64,000 bases of DNA. It comes from a virus. The notes below the pieces were generated by a model. That model was not told the DNA's origin, made no database searches, and saw only the letters and a program-made list of their open reading frames with translations. The DNA is taken from positions 32,001 to 96,000 of IMG/VR virus record IMGVR_UViG_3300033149_003715. One strand, 5' to 3'. The translations under genes were made by a program, and so were the position numbers. Shown in pieces: positions 57,499-64,000 of this stretch; the first letter of the stretch is position 1; the number at the start of each line of letters is the position of its first letter.

Positions 57499-58302
57499 TT
57501 ACGTAAAATTCATCCAAAGACATTCTTTTTTTCGATTCTTTTTCTTACTGCCTGAAGCATGATTTGCAATATTAAATTCTACTCTATTCCATGTCGAATA
57601 AAGTTCGTCATAAAGTTTAGACGGATAACCACTTATAACAACCATACTTTTGCACGTAGTCAAAATCGCTGCCAAATTTCTATGGTCTTCATCAGTCATT
57701 TCCTGGTTGTATATATTGCGACTGTTTTGTTGTCTCGTAGATGAAACATAAGGTGGATCACAATAAATCAAAGTTTCGGGACTATCCCATTTCTGGATAA
57801 CTTTTTCTGCTGGACGATTTAAAATTTCTACTGATCGGAGTCTTTCTACTATCATAGGAAGTTGTTCATCAATAATAGAAAGATACCCAGATACCACATC
57901 AGCCATTCCTTTTCTAGCACGATGTAATGTAAAACTAAAAGAATCACCACGTCCACCAAGTGATAATCTCCATCGTATAAAATCTCGACGAGCTTGCTCT
58001 ATTTCATCTTTTGCCGACTCTGTTGATTCATAAAATTCGATTTCACTGTAAGGTGTCAAGGTAAGTCGTTTTTGTAATTCTTTCCCGTGATCACGAAGTA
58101 CCCGAAATAGTCGAGTTATCCTAGAATCAATGTCATTATAAACTTCAATCATAGAAGGAGATTTATTTAATAATACTGAAGCTGCACCACCAAACGGTTC
58201 TAGGTAAGTATGATGAGGTGGAAAATACTTAATAATAAGATGTGCTAAATAATACTTTCCACCATGCCATTTTACTGGTGGTCTAAGTTTCTTTTTCTGC
58301 AT
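57499..58302 (-). CDS. Dam-like (D12 class) DNA adenine methyltransferase
   Basis: WHGGK, YLEPFGGAASV, VYND and YCDPPY. Confidence 0.93.
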   Translation of the reverse strand: MQKKKLRPPVKWHGGKYYLAHLIIKYFPPHHTYLEPFGGAASVLLNKSPSMIEVYNDIDSRITRLFRVLRDHGKELQKRLTLTPYSEIEFYESTESAKDEIEQARRDFIRWRLSLGGRGDSFSFTLHRARKGMADVVSGYLSIIDEQLPMIVERLRSVEILNRPAEKVIQKWDSPETLIYCDPPYVSSTRQQNSRNIYNQEMTDEDHRNLAAILTTCKSMVVISGYPSKLYDELYSTWNRVEFNIANHASGSKKKNRKKECLWMNFT

Positions 58303-58315
58303 TTACTTTTATATT

Positions 58316-58606
58316 TTAGTTTTCTAATTTAAAATATCGCTTTGCTCTTTCTTTCATCTCCTTGATGGTTTCACCTATAATATCATAATCCCATGATGAA
58401 CGAATAGCTGGATGTACATTGCTACCTTTTTTAGCTCGGCCGATTGCAATTTCTAATCCTCGTTTTTTGTCGAATTTATCGCGTGGACAACACTGTGACC
58501 AACCTATTTTATCTTTATCAAGTGCGACTACTACTCCTATGGGTTTATCGCAAAATCTCACATATTTTACTAAAACCTTTTTACCATTTTCTGTTAATTG
58601 ACTCAT
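58316..58606 (-). CDS. Conserved hypothetical phage protein
   Basis: IGWSQCCPRDKFDKKRGLEIAIGRA. Confidence 0.75.
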   Translation of the reverse strand: MSQLTENGKKVLVKYVRFCDKPIGVVVALDKDKIGWSQCCPRDKFDKKRGLEIAIGRAKKGSNVHPAIRSSWDYDIIGETIKEMKERAKRYFKLEN

Positions 58607-59058
58607 TGGCTAATTTTCCTCACAACAATATTTACATCTTCTAAAGCTTCAAAATGTCCTTCCCACGGTTTATATTTACCATCATATGTATTGTTACGTA
58701 TGGATTCAACAATTTTCTCTGCTTGTTTGTAATTGTTATATATATCTTCAATGTACCATGCACCATGTGTTATACCAAATGTTCCTCCAGTTTGAAATCT
58801 GACTAATACTATATAAACTTCTTGACCAACATTTGGTTTAAATGATACATTATGTAATTCTCTGAAAAAATTTGCATTTTGTTTGTTTAGGTGTATGTTT
58901 TGTAATTCAAAGTTAATATATGATGGTTGAAGATTTGGCCACTCAGTATCTTCTTCTCCTGGACAGATTTCTCCGCCACTCTCATATTCTATATAATCTA
59001 CATATAATGGATATTTAGTAACAGTATATTTTTCTTTAATAGTTGATGATATTGTCAT
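58603..59058 (-). CDS. Hypothetical phage protein
   Basis: 151 aa, AAGGA SD. Confidence 0.75.
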   Translation of the reverse strand: MTISSTIKEKYTVTKYPLYVDYIEYESGGEICPGEEDTEWPNLQPSYINFELQNIHLNKQNANFFRELHNVSFKPNVGQEVYIVLVRFQTGGTFGITHGAWYIEDIYNNYKQAEKIVESIRNNTYDGKYKPWEGHFEALEDVNIVVRKISQ

Positions 59059-59085
59059 ACTATTTTCCTTTATATTTTTTGTAGT

Positions 59086-59349
59086 TTATACGTCAACTTC
59101 TTTCCAATGTATTAGAATTGCCTCAGCCATACACAAATAGTTTGCTTTTTTCGCTTGTTTATATGCTTCTTGACTATTTCCATTTTGTAAATATTGACGA
59201 CATTTTACTAATGTTTCAATCCTATCTCCATCTATCCAATTACGTTTTTTATTATGAAGAAAAAAGGCAATATCAAGATTATAGAGTATTGATTCTTTAT
59301 GTGGATAGCATTTTAATACTAATTCGTTTGACAACCTATGTGATGACAT
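59086..59349 (-). CDS. Hypothetical protein
   Basis: 87-aa ORF in the operon. Confidence 0.65.
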   Translation of the reverse strand: MSSHRLSNELVLKCYPHKESILYNLDIAFFLHNKKRNWIDGDRIETLVKCRQYLQNGNSQEAYKQAKKANYLCMAEAILIHWKEVDV

Positions 59350-59360
59350 TCTTTGTGTTG

Positions 59361-59573
59361 TTATAATTTTTGCTTTATTGTTGTTCGTATTTGTTCATTT
59401 ATAAGAATTAGAAATGTAACGACAAACAAAATAGATGCAAATGGTGTTAGAGTAATTAACAACAAACATACAGTGAATATAAACACAAAAGCCAATAATG
59501 TATGAAATATAAAAAATAATAGACTTAAAGGTATATTTACAATTTTCTTAAGAAAAGCAATAATCATGATCAA
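59361..59573 (-). CDS. Small hydrophobic membrane protein
   Basis: 70 aa, about two TM segments. Confidence 0.55.
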   Translation of the reverse strand: MIMIIAFLKKIVNIPLSLLFFIFHTLLAFVFIFTVCLLLITLTPFASILFVVTFLILINEQIRTTIKQKL

Positions 59574-59579
59574 TTTCCA

Positions 59580-60482
59580 TTATGTATAGGAATCTAATAG
59601 TTGAATCCAATGTTTTTTAATTTTTTCTTTACTAAAATGTTTGATAGCAATATTGCGGCATATTTTTGATAAATCTTGTGCTAAGTCTGGTTTATTTAGC
59701 AGATTTTTTATGATTTGTCTTAACCCTAATATGGAATCAGAACATAATTCTTTTGGTAACAGTTGATGTATCTCATAGGTAGTACCATAATATTTTGTGT
59801 CAAATCCTTTATAAAATAATTCTGGTCCTATAGCTACAATTGGTATACCGATCATAAGACATTCAATAAAACCCAACGTATAACTAGCCGGAAAGGTACC
59901 CGTATAAAGCATACAGCGATTTTGTTTTAATGTTCTAACTAATTCGGACGATGGCACTTCTTGATGTCGAATTACTCCTTGATTTAAATCCTCATTTCCT
60001 TTACCATATAATACTCTTGCAAATCCATCTGTAATCTGCAAAAATTCTTGAAATTTAACATGTTTTGGTCTTTTTAATACTTTTTTGGAAAAACCACATA
60101 CTCTTTTAATTTCTCCCGTGTATCCTTTCCAGATATTGGGATCTTTGTAGAATCTAATCACGCTACCACCGGCATATTGTGGAATATTGACTTCACATGG
60201 CGAACAACGAACAATGTTAATCCCTGATTTTGTATATTTTTTGAGGGCTATTTCCATACCAAGATGAGATTGCCCAATAGTTCTAAATAAAATTGGTTTA
60301 TGTTTAATAAGATGGTGGAAATTTTCAAGCCAGTGAAGTCGGTGGACTATTATATAAAGATCACAAGTTAGGTCTGGTGGTTCATCTAACTTTCCAACAA
60401 TAATTTCATATCTTAGTTCTTTTAATAAAGATACTTCTGAAGCCATTAAAGAACTATGACATGGATAATAAAAAATTTTCAT
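59580..60482 (-). CDS. GT4-like glycosyltransferase
   Basis: SYTLGFIECLMIGIPIV and RNIAIKHFSKEKIKKHW. Confidence 0.8.
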   Translation of the reverse strand: MKIFYYPCHSSLMASEVSLLKELRYEIIVGKLDEPPDLTCDLYIIVHRLHWLENFHHLIKHKPILFRTIGQSHLGMEIALKKYTKSGINIVRCSPCEVNIPQYAGGSVIRFYKDPNIWKGYTGEIKRVCGFSKKVLKRPKHVKFQEFLQITDGFARVLYGKGNEDLNQGVIRHQEVPSSELVRTLKQNRCMLYTGTFPASYTLGFIECLMIGIPIVAIGPELFYKGFDTKYYGTTYEIHQLLPKELCSDSILGLRQIIKNLLNKPDLAQDLSKICRNIAIKHFSKEKIKKHWIQLLDSYT

Positions 60483-60697
60483 ATATTGTTTTGTGAAGTA
60501 TTGTGTGAATAGATATTAGCATCTATCCAACATTTTTCATTACATACAGGACAAATAAATATATAATAACTTTCATTTCTTGGACTAAAGAAAAATTTAC
60601 CTTCACTGGGTTTAGAACTAATAATAGATTTACAATAAATACACGTCCATAGTCTTTCTATTTCTTTTTCTGGTAGTGAACGTTTTATAATTTTCAT
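60479..60697 (-). CDS. Small Zn-ribbon protein
   Basis: CIYC...CPVC. Confidence 0.7.
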   Translation of the reverse strand: MKIIKRSLPEKEIERLWTCIYCKSIISSKPSEGKFFFSPRNESYYIFICPVCNEKCWIDANIYSHNTSQNNI

Positions 60698-60715
60698 TTT
60701 TAAATAATTGCAAAT

Positions 60716-60982
60716 TTATTTCGATTGTCTAAAAGGTAATAACCATTGCAAAAATTGCCACAAGAAATCGTCTCTATTTCTCTCTCCAGCATCAATTTCG
60801 GCTTTTACAGCGTCATAATCCATATAAACTTCTTGATCTGTTTTGAGACTATAAATCAGATTAAATTTAGCCCACTTATCTTTTTGACTGCCTGTTAATG
60901 GGTGTGAATACACTATTTTTCCTTCATATTTTTCTTGGGAACTTTTACCTTTATTTTGCCGGTTCCGCAACAGTGTGGACAT
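60716..60982 (-). CDS. Hypothetical protein (start uncertain)
   Basis: 88-aa ORF overlapping 60913..61122 by 70 nt. Confidence 0.45.
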   Translation of the reverse strand: MSTLLRNRQNKGKSSQEKYEGKIVYSHPLTGSQKDKWAKFNLIYSLKTDQEVYMDYDAVKAEIDAGERNRDDFLWQFLQWLLPFRQSK

Positions 60983-61122
60983 ATCTTCTCTATTTGTACT
61001 GCATCTACAATTTCCGTTCCGTATTGTATTTTTCCATTTTTTAACGGTAATGGAACTCGAATTTTTGTAGGATCTAAATCAATAGGATCAATGATATACA
61101 TTTGTGAAACCTTTCTATTCAT
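60913..61122 (-). CDS. Hypothetical protein with CxxCxGxG motif
   Basis: CPHCCGTG; overlaps the radical SAM stop. Confidence 0.6.
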   Translation of the reverse strand: MNRKVSQMYIIDPIDLDPTKIRVPLPLKNGKIQYGTEIVDAVQIEKICPHCCGTGKIKVKVPKKNMKEK

Positions 61123-62083
61123 ATGTATATGTCCAACATTTTTCGCAGGGAGTACCTGTCATATCACCTTTTAACATAGCAGCCCTCAAATCTTGATACT
61201 TTTGACTATGCCAAGCTCCCATGATACCAATTTCTTTTACATTACCCATATCAAAACTGTGATCGTGATTAAAACAACATCCAGCAGCGATATTATCGTA
61301 AGTAATACGTAACTCAGAAAATAATGCAAAACAATAACCTTGCTGATTGTTGTTTTGTACTCCATATCGTCCAAAATTACCTTTTACTGGTTTTTTACCC
61401 ATTAATTCTAAATCTTCAATTGCCATACCACCAGAAGAATATAATGGAAGATAATACATTTCATCAACATATGGTGCAATTTCTTTTAATGCTTTTTCCA
61501 TTTTCTCAAATTGTTCGTCGTCATATTTTACACTAGATGCAAATAATCCGCACGAGTAATTATGTTCTTGGCGAAGATAGTATGCGTCCTTAATATTACG
61601 AATAATGGTATGAAAATGTTTTTTATTAACACCAGTTATTTCTTCGTATTGATTTTCATCTGCATAATTAAAACTCCATTTGAGACTATCCAAACCAGCA
61701 TCCATGCATTGTTTTACTTTCTCTTTATTAGCTTCTTTTCCATTGGTTGTTAAAAATACATATTCAATGCCAGCATCTTTGGCATATTTGATGGCTTGTG
61801 GTAATCGTTTATCTAGCATTGATTCCCCGAGATAGAACATACCTGCTTCTTTAATTCCCAAATCCACCATTTCATTAATGATTGATTTGTAGTCGTCAAA
61901 GTTCATATATCCAGGTTTTCTAAGATTTTGGGCAACACCACAATATTTACATTTGTGAGAACAAATTCCACCAACTAATTCAATTTTGATACTTTTTGGT
62001 GGTGGTGGTTTTAAGCACAATCGTTCTGGTGAAACTTGTGTAACTTGATCTACTTTATCTGTAATTGTAAACTTTTTTGTCAT
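61115..62083 (-). CDS. Radical SAM protein with SPASM/twitch domain
   Basis: CSHKCKYC, LGES, TTNG and C-terminal C...GCC...CEKC; AAGGA SD supports ATG 62083. Confidence 0.9.
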   Translation of the reverse strand: MTKKFTITDKVDQVTQVSPERLCLKPPPPKSIKIELVGGICSHKCKYCGVAQNLRKPGYMNFDDYKSIINEMVDLGIKEAGMFYLGESMLDKRLPQAIKYAKDAGIEYVFLTTNGKEANKEKVKQCMDAGLDSLKWSFNYADENQYEEITGVNKKHFHTIIRNIKDAYYLRQEHNYSCGLFASSVKYDDEQFEKMEKALKEIAPYVDEMYYLPLYSSGGMAIEDLELMGKKPVKGNFGRYGVQNNNQQGYCFALFSELRITYDNIAAGCCFNHDHSFDMGNVKEIGIMGAWHSQKYQDLRAAMLKGDMTGTPCEKCWTYTYE

Positions 62084-62108
62084 TTTCAAAGTCCTTTTGT
62101 TGGTATAG

Positions 62109-62933
62109 TTATTGCCATTTATTAACCATGCTATCTCTTTCACTTTGACTAAAACTGCTATCAATGGGCAATCCTCTATGTAGACGCGACCTCATATCTA
62201 CAACTTTGCTACAAAGTGTATTATATACAGTACCACATATGTTCGTATCATATTGAGCAATAGCTGATGTTTTAATGCCGAGACTTCTTCCTTCATCAAA
62301 AGCATTAATATCGGCACCTAAAAATTGAAAATGCCAATTATACTTATTCTGTTGATGTTCAATCATTTCTTTAACTTGTGTTTTTGTAAACTCTATACTG
62401 CTATTTTCGTGACCATCCGTAACTATAATAAAGATAACACATCCAGGTTTTTGGTTTTCTTCTAATTTATCTAAACGTAAACCAACTTCATTAATTGTTC
62501 GCCCTACAGCATCTAAAAGAGCAGTACAACCCCGTGGTACTAACTTATATGATCCCACATCTTGAATTGGTGTTCCATTATATAAAAAATTATACTTTGT
62601 ATCAAATTCTACCAAGGTAAAATTAGCATTTCCAATAGCTTCTTTTTGTTTTTGTATAAATGTGTTAATTCCACCTTCTGCATCAGATTGACATGATACC
62701 ATAGAACCACTTCTATCTACTACTAATGTAATATCTGTTAAATCTTTTCTCATTATAAATATCTTTCTATTATCATTTTGAACTTGAATTGGTGTTCCAT
62801 TATATAAAAAATTATATTTTGTACCAAATTCTACCAAAGTAAAATTAGCATTTCCAATAGCTTCTTTTTGTTTTTGTATAAATGTGTTAATTCCACTTTC
62901 TGCAAATGTAATATCTGTTAAATCTTTTCTCAT
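62109..62933 (-). CDS. vWA domain protein with duplicated N-terminus (core gene starts at 62753)
   Basis: MIDAS DRSGS, TALLDA and TDG; the first 60 aa are a degenerate copy. Confidence 0.88.
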   Translation of the reverse strand: MRKDLTDITFAESGINTFIQKQKEAIGNANFTLVEFGTKYNFLYNGTPIQVQNDNRKIFIMRKDLTDITLVVDRSGSMVSCQSDAEGGINTFIQKQKEAIGNANFTLVEFDTKYNFLYNGTPIQDVGSYKLVPRGCTALLDAVGRTINEVGLRLDKLEENQKPGCVIFIIVTDGHENSSIEFTKTQVKEMIEHQQNKYNWHFQFLGADINAFDEGRSLGIKTSAIAQYDTNICGTVYNTLCSKVVDMRSRLHRGLPIDSSFSQSERDSMVNKWQ

Positions 62934-62959
62934 TATAAATATCTTTCTATTATCATTTT
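62561..62959 (-). repeat. Tandem duplication (62561-62779 vs 62783-62959) with a 42-nt deletion and 4 substitutions
   Basis: Direct alignment of the two copies. Confidence 0.95.
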
Positions 62960-62962
62960 ATA

Positions 62963-63643
62963 TCAAATGTTTTTAATATATTCTTCTAATCGACAAATTT
63001 TTCCTTTGTTGATTAAATTATCTGTAAATTGTTTTTCTAAATCTCCGCGATGATATTGATGATCTTTTGGTTTGGTGGGAAAATAATGCAAAATTTGACC
63101 AGATTGTGATGGTACCAAATGGTCAAAGCCGTGAATTACTATTGGTTCACTTACTATAATACCATAATACACATTGTTGGTCAAGGTCAAATCCCCATTT
63201 TGGCCACTATTTTCCAAGCTAAAATCACTACTGAATTGATGAACAAAGTAATCAATCGCCAAGATTCCTTGGCTACACCATTCCTTCATTGGTTGATTCA
63301 GGCCAAGTTTTTCTCCTGTTACCTTGGTGACATCAGGTGGTAGTACTTTACAAATATCGCCGTAGACTCCTAATACATATTTGACTACTGTTGACATCCA
63401 TGGTGTCCACTTACAATATGTCATTGCACACACTATAAGTTTAAACCATTCTTTAGGATGCCATATTACATCATCACACGCTCGACGAAATAGAATATCT
63501 GTTTTTGTACCAATATATTTTTCGTAACCTTTAATTTGAAAATTATTGAATCGTATAACGATATCAAATTTATTAATGTATTGTCCAAGTTCTTGATTAA
63601 ATACTGATGGACCATTACCAACTAAAATCATTGTTTGTTGCAT
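62963..63643 (-). CDS. GT29 (sialyltransferase-like) glycosyltransferase
   Basis: Sialylmotif L LVGNGPS...IVIRFN...GYEKYIGTKT; S SQGILA...IHGFD; III HYF; VS HRGDLE. Confidence 0.8.
   Translation of the reverse strand: MQQTMILVGNGPSVFNQELGQYINKFDIVIRFNNFQIKGYEKYIGTKTDILFRRACDDVIWHPKEWFKLIVCAMTYCKWTPWMSTVVKYVLGVYGDICKVLPPDVTKVTGEKLGLNQPMKEWCSQGILAIDYFVHQFSSDFSLENSGQNGDLTLTNNVYYGIIVSEPIVIHGFDHLVPSQSGQILHYFPTKPKDHQYHRGDLEKQFTDNLINKGKICRLEEYIKNI
63155..63185 (-). promoter_or_regulatory. Intragenic copy of the CTTGAC-...-TGGTATTATA promoter
   Basis: TTGACC, 17 nt, TATTAT with the identical TGGTATTATA box; about 220 nt upstream of the vWA gene. Confidence 0.65.
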
Positions 63644-63645
63644 TA

Positions 63646-64000
63646 TTATTCTTTTTCGAATTTATAATTGAAATACACAATATCTGTATTAAAATAATCT
63701 TTCACTATTTGTCGAATTTGATTATTATAATATGTAGAATAATGTTTGTGATTTGTTTTTAACAAATGTGGTAATTTATGAAATTTTTCTTCAAGTTTTA
63801 AAATGGTGCATAAATTTAACCGATCTTGCTGTAAATTTTCAAATCGTAAAATATGGTTAACGATGATCTGCCCAATAGGCTTGTTATTGTTAGTTAAATA
63901 ACACAATTGTGGTATACGACATATATGTGGTACATCTTTAATGTTTCTTTTGTTTTTACATACTAAATTCACAAATTGCTCAAATGATATTTTTTTAGCA
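63646..64000 (-). CDS. Sulfotransferase (Sulfotransfer_2-like), 3' part; gene runs off the window
   Basis: Frame is open to the window edge: ISFEQFV...H...PQ...LRFENLQQD...LPHL...YSTYY...YFNTDIVYFNYKF. Confidence 0.75.
   Translation of the reverse strand, partial: AKKISFEQFVNLVCKNKRNIKDVPHICRIPQLCYLTNNNKPIGQIIVNHILRFENLQQDRLNLCTILKLEEKFHKLPHLLKTNHKHYSTYYNNQIRQIVKDYFNTDIVYFNYKFEKE

Noticed and set aside
62561-62959. Diversity-generating retroelement TR/VR pair
   Set aside because: The four mismatches are mixed transitions rather than adenine-specific, the repeat is at the gene 5' end, and no reverse transcriptase is present in the window.
16172-63343. Short plus-strand ORFs in the leftward arm (for example 29117..29338, 37162..37512 and 53328..53513) and nested minus-strand ORFs such as 27591..27989
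   Set aside because: They overlap well-supported genes or the structured gap, lack convincing motifs and have shadow-like composition.
1-64000. Stop-codon reassignment
   Set aside because: Genes are full length and tightly packed in the standard code, and TAA, TAG and TGA all terminate recognisable genes.
1-64000. CRISPR array, integrase or IS element
   Set aside because: No regularly spaced repeats and no recombinase or transposase motifs were seen; the intergenic gaps are short.

Overview
This window is a gene-dense, AT-rich (about 30% GC by eye, not computed) segment of a large tailed dsDNA bacteriophage genome. It reads in the standard genetic code with AGGAG-type Shine-Dalgarno sites. 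Positions 1-14487 (+) are the end of a long-tail morphogenesis module: chaperone-like genes, a 1595-aa tape measure protein, tail-tip/hub proteins and Cys-rich proteins. Positions 14489-64000 (-) form one long leftward arm with these contents: (1) a 10-gene glycosyltransferase/nucleotidyltransferase/methyltransferase-like cluster; (2) two sigma-70-like factors; (3) a replication and recombination set (SSB, DnaE split into two separate genes with an intein in the C-half, DnaQ-like exonuclease, primase, DnaB, RecA, RecB/Cas4-like nuclease, Rad52/Sak-like annealase); (4) dNTP supply enzymes (intein-containing NrdJ, dCMP deaminase, ThyX, dNMP kinase, MazG-like); (5) ClpP, Hsp20, two adenine methyltransferases and tRNA-Thr(UGU); (6) two islands of membrane/secreted proteins built around cysteine proteases; (7) a second glycan cluster (GT29 sialyltransferase-like, sulfotransferase, radical SAM, GT4). 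The strongest candidates for new biology are the two-locus phage glycosylation system, the DnaE split without a split intein, a possible protease-based lysis module under a shared GTGTATA motif, a ~150-nt self-complementary rod next to a G-rich tract at 53.2-53.4 kb, and a promoter carried as an in-frame insertion inside the GT29 gene. All functional calls come from motif recognition by eye; no searches were run.
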